DNA of 64,000 bases, taken from assembly GCA_951406725.2 (NCBI GenBank), contig OX597817.1, positions 126,108,001 to 126,172,000 of the forward strand. The letters are read 5' to 3'. This document shows, piece by piece, positions 1 to 13,985 of this stretch. Every line of letters starts with the position of its first letter. Position 1 is the first letter of the stretch. The position numbers and the translations under genes are program-made. The stretch comes from Octopus vulgaris (Eukaryota). The notes under the pieces are model-generated. The model had not been told where the DNA came from. It saw nothing but the letters and a program-made list of their open reading frames with translations, and made no database searches.

Positions 1-917
1 GTTAATTTAGGAACAGTGATTCAATCTCGTTTTGTAGTTAAAGTTAATTTAGCTAATGTGTTTCAAATTACTGAAATAAGACGCTACATTTTCTAATTTA
101 ATGATTCTAAATGCTCATGTAAAGATGGAGATAATTTAAGAACTGCTGATGTGCTAAACATTCTAAATTCATTACGCTCACAATCAATACTATTGACCCC
201 TTTCATTCTCTGTAGACATGTGCAATATTCACAAGATGAAAGTAAGCATTTAAAATATATTGAAATTACCGTGTTCCGTTTGCATATCGAAATTGCTAAT
301 TTCAAAATATTTATTTATCTAACATATTCATATTTACGTACGATCGCAAAAGAATTCCACGTACTTTCACGATCCACTGAGAAAAGTAAACAGGCACCTT
401 CAAGTCATATTCAGATATCGTAAGACAATAAATGATATTTGGTCCTTTACTCTGACACGTTTAAAAAGATAGAGTGACTAACATTGAAACATTCCTACTC
501 GTAAGTTTGCTAGAACATACCTTATCTGTGGGCTAAGCAATGTCAGAAGCTGTGCTTTGTGAGGCACCATTATCACTGTTACATAACTGGTCGACATTAT
601 TATTATTTCTAGATATTAAATGTCGTAGCTAATGTTGTATGACAAACTAGAAAACTAGAAGAAAAATTTGAAGATGTACCAGTCACCGTAGTATTCTTTG
701 TAATAGTTTGAAATATACACTCCTGATAATATTCATAATCCAGAGAAGTGAACCAGGAGTTAGCAATCAGAAGAATTACACTGGGAGTATTCAAACTACA
801 CGAACGCAGATGTTTATTACTACTTGATGGATTTAGACGTAATCTGGAATATACTTGAGATCTAGTACAGTTCCCGCCTGGATAATTTAGCCCTATTTAC
901 TCAACTTATTTAATATG

Positions 918-1126
<209 letters not shown>

Positions 1127-1240
1127 CAGATCAGCAAAATTTAGATTTAGATGAATACGGTACTTAAGTTAAAGGCATCAGAATTTAGTATGGTATTATC
1201 CATATAATTCAAAATGTGGTGATTATAATAAAATAACCAG

Positions 1241-1282
1241 CAAGGATATCCAGAGGTAATGCATTACCTCTGGATATCCTTG
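1241..1282. repeat. Perfect 42-bp palindrome
   Basis: CAAGGATATCCAGAGGTAATG (1241-1261) is followed immediately by its exact reverse complement CATTACCTCTGGATATCCTTG (1262-1282). Confidence 0.95.
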
Positions 1283-1295
1283 TTGCTTATTTGAT

Positions 1296-1386
<91 letters not shown>
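1296..1386. repeat. (CA)n-(TA)n-(TG)n self-complementary microsatellite
   Basis: CA run 1296-1320, TA run 1321-1356, TG run 1357-1386. Confidence 0.97.
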
Positions 1387-1388
<2 letters not shown>

Positions 1389-1611
1389 TAATGTCGAGGG
1401 ATCGAAGCGTAGGGAGAAAGTTAGCTTCAATCAATCCGTAGTAAATATTAAAAAAACACATTTTCAGGAACACTAGTGGTTTTTTTGAGATGGAAGGTTG
1501 TGGATGTTTTTCGAGCCGAAATGCAATAATCTGAAAACAGTTCCTATTATATTTCAAGGTAGGCGAATAAGAATACAAATGCTACAGAATGGACGAAATC
1601 GCAGTCTGAAA

Positions 1612-2500
1612 TGCATTTGATTTGAAATATTCTCATAAATTGTTTGGGTCAAGATTGATACTTTCTATAGCATGGTGGAATCTTTCCTTGGTAATTTTAC
1701 AACATAAGTTTACAACATTTATCTTTTTGTGTACCTTAGGGCCAGACTGTTGACTTTTAGGCATTATCGAAAAATTTATTTTTTCACGCAGTAGGCGATG
1801 ACCAGTCCAGCTCTCTGCTCCTCTCATGACACGAACGTTAGAAACATCTTTCATATCACGTTTTCTCATCAAAATATAACGTATGAGATGCCAGTCTTTA
1901 GATCGTGAGTGCATCTAGGTGGTTTTGTATTTATTTTTCTGCTTAAACAAAGTGCTGGTAACAACCAGATTATTCTCAGTTCAAAACGTCAAAAGAGCTA
2001 CTATGTTTCATGGCCTAAAACAGGACATGAAACGTAGTCATTTCCATCTCTCGCGTTGAAATCTCTCAATATGACCACCTTGTCAGAAATTGGTACTTTC
2101 CTTAATAAGTGTGCTAGATCGTCATAAAACCGTTTTTTGCTATCTATTGGATATGTTTGAGACATTTTAGAGTAAGTTACAAGTGCATTTTAAGTTTCTG
2201 CCAACCAATCAATTCAATGAGTTTACTAAGATTTGGTGTACAAGAAGTACCTGTGCAGATGAATAAGTTTCAGTGGATGCAGCTTGCACTGCACCACCCC
2301 CACCTATTGGCCCAATAAGACGTTTGCCGGTGTGACATGTAAATTGACAAAACTAAGAACTTCCAAGGCCTCAGGTTTTATTTCAGGGATTTCTTTCTTC
2401 GAGGTAGATTACCAACCAAGGTTAAGGAGCTTCTACCTGCCCATGAGCTACGTTATCCCACTTCCGACACGAAACCGACACCCAAACGCTATAAAGTGAT
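1612..2500 (-). mobile_element. RTE-clade LINE relic: 5' region and APE endonuclease domain, degraded
   Basis: Minus-strand translation KKRFYDDLAHLLRKVPISDKVVILRDFNAR...LVVTSTLFKQKNKYKTT*MHSRSKDWHLIRYIL...VMRGAESWTGHRLLR matches APE motifs GDFNAR, TWMHPRSKxWHLIDY and WTDHRL; stops and frameshifts present. Confidence 0.85.
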
Positions 2501-2597
2501 CAAATATCACACCTGTGTCCAAGGCAGTGTAGTTCATTCATACATGCAAAAAAGTAAGAGGTGATTTTAAAATATAATCAAGATTTAAATGTAAATA

Positions 2598-2825
2598 ACA
2601 CACACACACACACATATATATATAAAGTAAACGATGTGTAATTTGAAACTAAATATATATATATATATGTATTTGTATATATGTATGTATATATATGTAT
2701 ATGCATGTATATAAGCTAATACATCTATACATGCGTGTATATATGTATGTGTGCATGTATATTTGCATGAATGTATGCATGGATGCATGTATGAATGTAT
2801 GTATGTTTGCATGTCTGTATGTGTG
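2598..2825. repeat. Degenerate (CA)/(TA)/(TATG)n low-complexity tract
   Basis: Direct reading. Confidence 0.9.
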
Positions 2826-2892
2826 CTGCCTTGTGGAGGTACGGTTATTCGACAAGCGAAATCTTATTACATGAGAAATAAACGTTGGAGGA

Positions 2893-2985
2893 AAGCTTTT
2901 GTATGCTCAAAGCTATATAATTTTGTTCAGGTTTTCCAAGCGTTCGTATGCTCAAAGCTATATAATTTTGGTCAGGATTTTCAAG
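2893..2985 (+). repeat. 45-bp tandem duplication (2 copies)
   Basis: GTATGCTCAAAGCTATATAATTTTG occurs at 2901 and 2946 with similar flanks. Confidence 0.85.
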
Positions 2986-4129
2986 GTAACTAATAATATA
3001 GTAGGAAAAAATACTGTTACTTATTGCTATTGGTACAAAGTACTATAGATTCTCATAGATTTTCGAAATGTCAGATAGTTTTATAAACAATTAAAATATT
3101 GTGACAGAACCCAAATTGAGCGTTAGCCTAATTGCTACACGTTGTTTTATTGTACGCGAAAGCGCATATATCTACTTCGTAGAGTATATGTGAAATTGCG
3201 CAATTATCGCTTCACTTATTCATAGCACCTATTTATATGAACAAGTGAAATGCGTGGGTGCTCAATATTTTTGTTGATTTTATATAGATCAGCTAAGTAA
3301 CAAAATAGAGTTATATCAAATTTAGTAGACTAGTCATACATTTTCGTGGAAATTACTGAAGATAAGAAAACGTATTAATATAAGAAACATTTGAGATTTA
3401 ACGCAAGGACATATTAAAAACTATTATATGATCTATCATTTCTTTTAAGATATTTTGCTATTCAATCAATAGATTCCATTTACTTTCGTTCTTTCAGACA
3501 CATTTTCAAATTAGAAAGTTACTTCAAGTTTAATCCCAATGGATTTGTTGTTAGTAAGAATCATTTAAATTTCCTTTTCTCTTAAACCTTTTGTGATGGG
3601 TCAACCAAATTATAGCGAAATACATTTTGAAACATCTGTTCATATTCTGTAGCTTTTACATTCCACAGAATGTGAAAAAAGTTATAAACGAACATTTAGA
3701 AATTTTAACACAACTTTCCTCTAAATTGTTATATATTTTCTCAGTTCTTTAAGATATGAATTTTATAGTAATGCATGTGATTGTTCTATTTCCTGGTCAG
3801 TTATTACAAAAATGTCATGCATGAAAGCGGTATATGCACTACAACTTACAGTTGCAAATATATCTTCTTGTAAAGCGGTATGATCTGCACTGAATGTCTG
3901 TGATACACGTAAATACGAACTCTTTCTTATTTTGGTTATAGTGTACGTTGCACTATTATCAATATCGGATTATTCAACTAACATTTAGCTTATGCAAATT
4001 TAATCGTGTTGAAGATAGATTTCAATGAATTCATTTGTTTGCAATGTAACTGGTTCTCAGATACATAGGCTGAAATTCATGATGTAGTTTTTGAAACACA
4101 AAACTTAGGCAATACAATTCTTTCTTAGT

Positions 4130-5030
4130 CATTGAACCCGATGCAATCGAAGCTTACGGAAGGCTGAAAGGGAAAGTGCAGACTGCTCTAATGAAAATTA
4201 AACAGGGATGCTGGGATGATAGACTAACAGGGGCACCAGAAGCAGCTGATAGAAATGACGCCAATGGTTTGTACTCTTATGTTAAGAAGGTACATGGCCC
4301 AAAATCTTCTTCAATAGCTCCAGTGAGAATAGCACATTGACGTTTGCTTTTTACTGACATGACTTCTATACATTATAGCTGGGTAGAACATTTTCCTGCA
4401 CTTTTAAATAGACCATCACCTGTTGACATGAACATGATAGAAAAAATAGAACACGTTCCAATTATAGAATAGATGACATTTCAGCCACCTCTAAATGGTA
4501 TTTGTTTAGCTGTGAATAAGCTGAATAACAATAAGTCTTCAGGGTCTGATGGAATCTGTGCAGAGGTCTTGAAATATGGGGATGACAAAATACTTGAACT
4601 ATTAAATATATTAATTTGTCTCTGTTGAAGCACTGAGAATGTGCCTCGAAATTGGATTGATGCCATTTTAGTCTTCTTGTATGAATCGGGTCCAAAGGAT
4701 CTGTATGGCATTTTTCGTGGGATATTGCTCTTGTCTGTGGTTGAAAAGGTACTTGCCCGCATTCTGTTAGAACGTTTAAATACCTTCACAGTTCCAAATA
4801 TGGTGTCTGAGTCTCAGTGTGGTTTTCGCTCCTCCAGGGGTACAACTGATTGTATCTTTACTATCAGACAATTGCAAGAGAAGTCCATTGAAAAGAATCT
4901 TGCCCGTTACCATTGCTTTATTGATTTGAGAAAACCATTCGATTATATTGAACGAAATGCTTTGTGGCTAATTCTAACGAAAATAGGTTGCACAGAAAAA
5001 TTTGTAAACATGATCAGAACAATGCTGAAC
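4130..5030 (+). mobile_element. RTE-clade LINE relic: linker and N-terminal reverse transcriptase, 3' truncated
   Basis: ORF 4641..5102 contains FRGILLLSVVEKVLARILLERL, ESQCGFRSSRGTTDCIFTIRQLQEK, FIDLRKPFD and KIGCTEKFVNMIR. Upstream degraded segments read WVEHF..LLNRPS and KSSGSDGICAEVLK. Confidence 0.92.
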
Positions 5031-5625
5031 AGGGCCGCAGGTCATGTAGTGATAGTTACTGATAGTGATAGTTACTGTTGCATTGGCTTTGTTTTTTGTT
5101 GATGTCGTTGTTATTAAACATTCGTTGAAGAAAATCAAGGTCGAATTTTCTCAAAATGTCTGTGAATTCTTTTAAAGGAGGTCTTATTATGCTTGATTTT
5201 GTTCTGCATTTCATTCTCCGATCGGTTATTGAACAGTTGGACTATCTGTTTTTAAGATATATTTCAAACATGAAACATCTCTGCTTTCAGTATGGGAAAG
5301 AGAAAAGCATGTATTTATGGCGATGTTGATATCAACCTTACACTGCTTTTGTCTCTTGTAGACCTGGTGTGTAGTCTTGAGTGAGAGTGAGAGTATAACG
5401 TTTATGTATGGAGGTGGAGGTAATAAATGCGTGAATGCTTCTGGATGAGTATGTTCTGACATATCAGTCTTTGAGATCAATATCACTCTTGCTTTTTAAA
5501 TAGTTTTAGCTCTAGCGCTGCGGCCTTGCTGGGGCACCGCAGCTAACTTGCCTGCAACTTCAGTACCTGAAACCTCCAGTGATACGTGTAATTTGATCAC
5601 AGTTATGAGCAGTATACATTACCGC

Positions 5626-5845
5626 ATATATCTATATATGTATATATATATATATATATATTTATACACATATATATATATATATATATAAATATATATA
5701 AACATACATATATATATATGTGTGTATATATATATGTATATATATGTATATATATGTATATATATATATATATATAAATATGTATGTATCTATCTATCTA
5801 ATCTATCTATCTATCTATCTATCTATCTATGTATCTATCTATCTA

Positions 5846-5896
<51 letters not shown>

Positions 5897-5938
5897 TAAA
5901 TACCTATGTGAGTGTGTGTGTGTGTGTTTGTGTGTGTG
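5626..5938. repeat. (TA)n-(TATC)n-(TG)n compound microsatellite
   Basis: Direct reading. Confidence 0.95.
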
Positions 5939-6515
5939 GTAATACTGGTTGATTCTAGATTTAATCGTAATTAATTGCTGTAAAGAAAATATTGTGTACT
6001 ATATGCAAAAACAGGTTTGATTTAAATGGTTTATAAAACGTGCATATACATTGTGGATTCTTTGTATGCTTAGATTCTATTACACTGCTGTAACCATTGA
6101 AATATATGTTAAAGGAAGCAGACAAAATGAAATGTTGCAAATATGGCTACCACTTAATCATACTGCAGCTGTGTTTCTTAAAAGAGAGAAATGATTACAT
6201 GTGGCATCTGTGCACAAAATAATTCCTGATTGCCACCACTTTTTTATATAAATGAATGAAAGACGAGAAACATACCATCTTTTAGATATGTATATTTGCA
6301 ACAGTTTGATTTGTCATTGTGACAAAATATATAAATCAAAATACGCTATGTCGGCAGATATGAATTTTGCTAACAGACATCTGACATCGTGAACCTGGTT
6401 TATACCATGCGTTAATGTGTATGAGTTGTCTTTACCTCGTGAAATATTAGCTTATCCTGAGCGGTGGTTGTACCATATCGAATAACGCTCCATGTCAAGA
6501 CAAAGGCATGGATAT

Positions 6516-6897
6516 AGACACAGGCGTGGCTCTATGGTTAAAAAATACCCGATGCAACCACGTGATCCTGTCCTTAGTCTCACTGTGCCTAGAAAAGGAG
6601 TCGTCTACCACACGTGGAACTGATTAATAAATGTTAAGTAAATTTCGTAGATTGTGACTGTATTGGAGCCTATCGCATATGTGTGTGTGTGTCTGTGTCT
6701 GTGTGTGAGTGTATGCATTTCTGTCTGTGTTTGTACCATGCTCCACTTGACAATTGGTTCGGTTCTCTCTTTCCTTGTGTTGCAGTGATTCGACAAGGAG
6801 GCTGAAAGAATAAGCACAAGTCTTAAATGAGCAAAACCAATGACCGAGCATGACTGCAGCCCGATAATTGGAACAAGTAAAATGAGTTAAAAGAATA
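6516..6897 (+). mobile_element. SINE family B (tRNA-like head, internal (TG)n, tail ...CAGCATGGCCGCAGTCAAATGACTGAAAC-like), degraded copy
   Basis: Head GGCGTGGCTCTATGGTTA (A-box-like), internal TG repeat and tail AGCATGACTGCAGCC...GGAACAAGTAAAA, similar to tail copies at 5516, 18853, 41996, 53604 and 56655. Confidence 0.65.
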
Positions 6898-9800
6898 TAA
6901 CTGCATTAAATATTTCATTGCATTAAAAATTCAAGCACGGTAAAATTCAATTATTTGTCTAAGTCATTCATAATCAAAAATGAAATATGTTGCTTACAAA
7001 ATTGCAATAAATATTGGAAAATATGTGTCGTTTTGTATCAGTTATGATAATAAGAATGACATTATCTTTTAAATTATATATAATGAGTAGTTCCTCACTC
7101 TTTTTTAAAGTTAAAGTATATTCCAAATGTACTTGTTCTCTTTAATAGTTCTGAATCATGTTACTAAGTATCCTATACAAGCTCTCATGTAATTAGTAAA
7201 TAGTTATTTGACCAAAATCAAATTTATCATAATTCCTTTAAATATTTTAGTATCCAGATTCAAATTTGCATAAGATATTATATTAGGAAATGTTAGACGA
7301 AAGGTAACTGCAGCAAAATTGCCTTGTAATTCTTTTAACTAACTAGTTGTATGTATTAGAATGATTATGTTTCAAGACGTGCATTTCTGTTTTTGTATGT
7401 GATAATGCATTTTGTCTTATTAAGAAATTAACTAGTAACAATGTGTGAGTACATGTTTTCGTTTTAGTATACCCGTGCACTTGAGAAATTTTGTGATTAA
7501 CAATTTGGAAATGTGTGTGTATATTTATTTATTTGCTATTTTAATTTTATCTAGTAATATATTTTTTCTCAACGATCCGATTTAGTGGATCGTATATTTT
7601 CGGAGATCTTCATGGCAAATAACAGTTAATATTGGAATAATGATCAAATTAATGGTATACCAAGTTATAAAGGAACATCTCAAACGTTCATATCTCTTTA
7701 CATACCTATCATTAATTTTATAACCAAATAGTTAAAATGCAATACCTCAGTTCATGAAGTCGTAAATTAGGACATATATTTATAGTTATATGCTTGTCTG
7801 CGTATGTATATATGTGTATATGCATAACATATATATGTGCGTATGTGTGTGTGTATTTATGAATATATGTATATATAAATATAGATAAATATGTATATAT
7901 CTACATACATATGACTATAAAACAGGTTGCAATAGAGATGACTTCAATAAAAAAACTCCATAATGTACCGGAATAGAATGTGACATTAAAATAAGAACCC
8001 CTTAGAAAATTAAACAACGACCGAAAAATCAACTGATGTACAGTTGAGAATATTTCATGCTGAGATTTCAGATTTAGTTGAGCTTTGTTAATTTCATACC
8101 ATGTTTCATTTCTCTATGATCCTCTTATATTCGACCAAGATGACTTTAAAATGTTATTGCATTCCTGATCTTTCTCATTACAAAGGGTGGATATTAATGT
8201 ATATGAGCCTGTTTGGAAATGTAATTCTTGAAACTTTAAGAGGCAAATTTCTCTTATTATATTTTACACATTTTGTCCCACTTATATTTATGCTTAAAGA
8301 GAACGGATACAATTTTCTGAAATATGTGTTTTGAATGCATTTACAGAAAGTGATATGCTGATATTGGTTTTGTAAGATAGTAACATTGTATTTTTTCACG
8401 AAGTCGAGAATGCAGTAAATATTACTCTTGGCACTTACCACGGGTTTATTTTACAGTAATATGGTAATTATTGCTTTCGATGCCACTGAGAAATATTTGT
8501 GTTCATGCGGTTAAATTTCAGTTTTGGAAATGCTTCAAGCAGAAGACATAATTCCCATTTAACCATACGAAATTGTGAGCTAATTTTGGAATTTAATTCC
8601 ACTGGCAGTTCTATACATACTTCCCAACAATCAATGTGTATCTCGAATTATGAGTCTTCAGAAAACTTTCCCTAGCATTTGTAATTTCTCTCCAAATTAT
8701 GATGTAGCAAATTCTAAACTGTTGCCACCAAATAAATAGAAAATGTATGAAAAGGTGAGCTGTGACTCTATAATCAACATGTTAGTCAGACACGATATCA
8801 AGAATAATATGAAGATACGAAGTTCACACTCAAAAGCAACGCCTCTAAGTCTACCGTTATATCTACCGTTAATGGAAATGCTGTGTTGCTAGGAAACAAT
8901 AAGACCCGCTTCTCACGCAGACAAATTCACTAATAATTTGTTTGAAATAGGGAGATAAAATGTCCGCTACTAACACAAAAGATAAAAGAAGAATAAGTTG
9001 CGTTCAAGATTAGAACTCATATCATTATGGTACTAATTCTTACATCGTAATTAATCCGCCAATATTATTTCCATGACGTATGTAATGTTGAATTACACAG
9101 AGAGACTGATAACAACTGCACGAAATATTTTGCCATTCTGGCATTACAAAGCTTATGTATTCTATTTGGGCCCAAATATTTAGTATTAGTTGACAAATGA
9201 AATGTGTGACAACAATGGAATACGTTATCAATATGTACAAGGTGTGAGATTGCTAATGCATAATTTATTGATGGGTGTAGAAGTAGAAATAGGTAGGATA
9301 AATCGTGTCACATAAAAGAAATTAAATGATACAAAAAGAGAGACCTAAATACGAATGTGTCAAACAAAATATTGTAATTGACTTTAGTGTTGGTGAGTAT
9401 GAGGTTTGTACAAATACATTCCTAGTATCTAAAAATGATATAGCGTACGTATTTTAGGAAGAGGCGGTTGTGCATAATTGAACAAACTATAAGTAAACAT
9501 GTATAAATTCATTGGTTTATAAACAGACAGAGCATGCTGGAATAATGCAACTGTTAATTTTCCATGCAGCTGTATTAGACAATAAACACAAAATTCCCTA
9601 ACCCTATTTTCGTGTTTTGCTATGCCAGTGTAGTGATCTTAAATTTAGACATTTCCGCAGGAAAACAAAACAGCTCATACATATTTGTTGTATTGTTTTT
9701 CAAATGGACTAATAGCATACTTGTCGAAAGATAATGCTACTTTTTACAGAAGCCACTTACATGAGAGCCGCAGATTTTATTTATAGAAATGAAGTAGATC

Positions 9801-10249
9801 AAACTTTCTTCCAATATTCGTCTTGAAAAAGGTGACTAAATTTTATAGAAGAGTTTACTTATATTTGATCGTAACGTACACTGATGACATTATATGTGTA
9901 AAAGCTCTTTACTGCATTCAAATTGTAAGTTATAGATATATAATGCAGAAAATCAGATTCTCAAGACAAATTCCTCGTCATTCACTGCACTACGGTTAGC
10001 GTCAATACTATCGAGGGGAACCACCCCAGCTTGACTAAATTGTGTGTCTCTTTCGTCGCATAAATTTTGACCCTAAATATCAATTAATAAATGTAAGTTA
10101 ATTCGAAGATGAAGAGTTGGCAGATGTACCAGGGAATTAGATAGATTATAATGTTATTTGTTATAGAACTAGTTCAACAATGACTTTCATTCACATAATT
10201 TCAAGAAATGCAATATTGAGGTTGCAATTTCTTTCTCTATGAAAACGAT

Positions 10250-11150
10250 CTAGTGGAACGCTCGTATAACATTCTTCAACGTAATGGAAAAAAACAGGGC
10301 ATCAGCTTGAATATTTTCTCGTACTTATTCATCGGTAAAAAGTCGATGACGTAGCGCATCCGGTATACACTGCAGCACAAAATCTAAAACAAGATACTAT
10401 TTTCGTTGAACCACCCATTTTCTCCCTCGATATTACCAATGAATTTTCATTTCTAGCTACCCCACATTGCCTTCTGCCTTGCATTTATCTGGATGTGTCC
10501 AGTTACATCAGAAACTTTTGTATACCTCCTCTGCTGTTACTGTTATCCTTGATAATGGATATCCAAGTTATTTGCTCTACTTTATACCATTCTACAGAAA
10601 GTGGGCTGCTTGGGCGTGTTGTCATCATTTGAAAATCGCTGCATTGCTTTTAATATCGAAATCTATCAAGGCCATTTGTGTTGTTATGCTTTCTATATCA
10701 ACAAAACTTTACGGAACATACAAAATAATGACACCCAATTCCTTCATTTAGAATAAAACATTTAATACCATCGCATAAGTTCTCTCGGTGATCGAGAAGG
10801 CAGTAATAACGAACACAGACTCTTAAGTATCTAATCCATAAGCTTGCGATTGAATCCAGTGGCAGTGACTCTAGTGAAAATATAATTCTTGATATCGCTT
10901 TCAGTAGTTTAGCTTTATTTCTCATAATATAACACGGAAAGTTGATGAAACCTATTAGTAGTCTACAGAATTTAAACTTCATCATCTTACTCGTATTACT
11001 TGAAGAAACAGAAAAATTTGAATACCAACTAGATACTTTAGCAACTGCCATCAGATGCTATATGCATACTTCTATCCTAGTTAGGAATACTCGAATTGAA
11101 ATTCAAAACCTGGTTCTTGTACTATTTCGACTTCTCATATATTTTTCGGC
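10250..11150 (-). pseudogene. Highly degraded Harbinger/PIF (HARBI1-like) transposase relic
   Basis: Across minus-strand frames, in the expected order: TRF*ISIRVFL (RFRLS..F), KAISRII (STVSRII), LCDGIK (IDGTH), KWP (ARWPGS), LGYPLS (SGYPL), VG*LEMKIHW (IG.LK.RFHCL). Each match is individually weak. Confidence 0.4.
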
Positions 11151-11514
11151 ATAAAAATAATTAGTGTGTGGAAAATAAAGTAATTTTGATATTATCATAT
11201 GAATAGTAAGATGTATGTAGCTAATTGCCAGCATATACGAAGCATGGAAGTTGGGAAACAAATAGTAAACCTCAGATATACATGATGTATTTATAAAACC
11301 AATTCCATAACTTGGGTGCCATCCATAATAACAAATAATCCACCTTTTTCATGCTGTTAATATACAAGTTTCACTAAATCTAATTTTCTGTATATAAATA
11401 CGCCTGTAAGGATCCCCCTAAGTTAAAAGCGACATATGATAATGTTTGCTGGCACTACAGCTTTGCTGTAACGCCAGCCACACCTTTTTTCTTTTTGTAT
11501 CAGGATTTCATTGA

Positions 11515-11556
11515 ATACACACATACGCACACACACACGCACACACACACACACAC

Positions 11557-11592
<36 letters not shown>
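11515..11592. repeat. (CA)n microsatellite
   Basis: Direct reading. Confidence 0.95.
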
Positions 11593-12504
11593 TAGCACAT
11601 ACTGTACAACAAATTTGTCTACAACAAATTTTCTCAAAATTATTTATTTATTTGCTAACCCGTTGCTTAAAGCCGCATTCATATGCTAAATTCTCTTGTT
11701 AGCAGGCTACATCCATTGTCTGCTTATCACTAATAAATGAAATAATTAATTGGCTTGCTGGTTGGTTATAAAATGTGATAGAATATGATCAAAAGAATCC
11801 GAATAAGGTTTTCTAAACAGTAAAACGCACAACACAGTGCATTTGATTTGAGCAAGTCATATTATTAATAAATGTTGCTAATACTCTCAAACAGTTCTTA
11901 CAATATTAGGCTTTACGACGCCTCAATAAACACACTCCTATTAATTGTCCTTCACTATACACAATGGTTGGTCTGAATATAAGTTTGTTATGAAACAGAA
12001 CTAATAATATATAACAATGATTCATTTCTAAGCCTTAGCTGTCGGCTTCCAAGTAAATATAAGTTCTCGGGGGTTTCAAATGCAAGAAATTGTATCAGGT
12101 GTTAATTTGCCGATTCTATTGTGTATTACATAGACATGAATAATAATTACAATGATGATATATACGTAATGAAGCATAAATGGTTTCTTTTATATAACAG
12201 ACGAAAGTGCCTGTATTTCATTAGTGCTCAAGGTATTTAATGTAGTTTAACTTGCCTCGCATTCTAAATATATACATTTGTACTATCTGAGTAAATAAAA
12301 CGTGGTTACAAAATTTTAAATATCTCATAGGAACATGATATTCCCTTTAGGAGACACATTTTAGTAATTGTTCCTGAAAATTTCAGTTAATCCCTGTCGC
12401 TGTGGAGAGGCTGATCCATCTGTGTGTTTACCGTGCTATACTGTGGCATATATATTAGGGTGAATTCTAATACAAAGATACATGTAAAAATATACGTGCA
12501 CGGA

Positions 12505-12566
12505 TACACACACGCACACACACACACACACACACATACACACACACACTCGCTCATTCACACACA
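12505..12566. repeat. (CA)n microsatellite
   Basis: Direct reading. Confidence 0.95.
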
Positions 12567-13619
12567 TTAATGTTTGTTTTAATGCAAAAATATGTATAAA
12601 AAGGGGTTATTCAACGATATTTAGTAGTGCATTATTAATCATCAGAAAGAAAATGTTCACGTGGTAAGGTTTTATTAGTGAGGTGGAGCTTTGGTAATTC
12701 TGTGTAGTGTTGGTACAATGATAACATCGTAGAAAAGAATGATGTATAGCAGATAATATGAGGTATGTGGTAGTGTGCTGTGGCTTAATAAGTATTTAAG
12801 GTAAAATTATGTCTTTTGGTTGGATGAGGGGATTTTCTTACTGTTTAGTGTTCGACAGAGTAGAAATTAAAGGTGTAGACAGTTGTGTCAAATATAGATC
12901 ATGACATTCTTTATGTGTAGATACATGTCTCTGAGGTGTTCCACGGTTCACATATTTGTAGAACGTATCTGGATACGACGGTGCATCAGATAGCTTAGGT
13001 AAGACTGGGTTTAGAGTGAAGTTGCTCGTATTAAGAAACTACAGTTTCCTGGAAGTTCGCATTCAGGGGACTGCGTTAGTTCAAATAATTATTAGGCTCT
13101 TCTAGTTTGTGCAAAGCTTGGATATTTGTATTTATATAATGCAGTATAGTAGATAAAGCATTACACATAACTTCAAGGCGTTACTTGTATTTCTTGTTAA
13201 ATGCTTAAAGATGATGCCTCTTTAAAGCAATGTATTCTGTTCACATCCATAGAGGTCTATATATATATACTATCGCATTCAGGACCATTAATATATATTC
13301 GTACGTATGTACACACATATACACTAACCAGCTACCAAGCTTTAGCACAACTCTCTCCCTCACTCTCTCTGTGTCTCATTTAATCTCTTTTTATCTCTCT
13401 TATTATCGTTCTATATTTCTCTCTAATTCTTCTACCTACAAACATACTGCAAGCACAAATATTTACACTCACAGAAAACATACAAATTTACATGTACGCA
13501 CACTAATTGTATGCATATAAATATAAGCAGATGCGTAGGCGATTGCATATAAGTTCGAATTAGAGTAATCATATGTATATGAATGTATGAATCAGTAAAA
13601 AAGATAAAGCTGTGACCAT

Positions 13620-13985
13620 ACTCAACTTTTGTTATACCAACTACGTATGCGAACCCTGGAAGTAGACAGTGAAGATCTTTCAATTGCTGGATGGGTTCCA
13701 GAGACGCTGCCAACGTTCAGTCCTGAACATCTCTTAACCGAACAAGGAAACAATGAGCTGACGAGAAGAACATGCATGAAGAGTTTGCAGGACATGGTAA
13801 TAAGAAATGGATACGGTTTACAAGTCATGTGCTTCGATTACTGCAGGAAAGACATGTTGCCTTCGGGACGGAGTGGAAACCGGGAGAAGGAAAGAGAGCG
13901 AGGGGGATGGCTAAGGATGACATTTTGAAATACGTTACAATGAAATACGTTACCAATACGTACCAGAAGGTAGTTGAGCAATAGG
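13620..13985 (+). mobile_element. RTE-clade LINE C-terminal fragment, degraded
   Basis: Two overlapping frames join into NNELTRRTCMKSLQDMVI / KKWIRFTSHVLRLLQERH...EWKPGEGKRARG, matching the RTE C-terminal pattern SNEEL.RR...RW.GHVLR...W.P.GKR.RGRP. Confidence 0.75.

Noticed and set aside
2893-2985. Short direct repeats (also at 31281, 40864, 60966) as a CRISPR-like array
   Set aside because: Only two adjacent copies with no unique spacers; ordinary slippage duplications.
8433-8495. Candidate 47-nt minus-strand exon (TTTCTCAG...GTG|GTAAGT)
   Set aside because: Stop codons in all three frames.
9967-9981. CAAATTCCTCGTCAT resembling the 28S sequence near the R2 site
   Set aside because: Only 15 nt with a mismatch and no flanking similarity; expected by chance.
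11448-11490. GC stem-loop followed by a T run (terminator-like)
   Set aside because: Eukaryotic context, 12/14 stem and no upstream gene; no support for function.
12700-13080. Possible Penelope GIY-YIG relic on the minus strand
   Set aside because: Motif similarity too faint to support a call.
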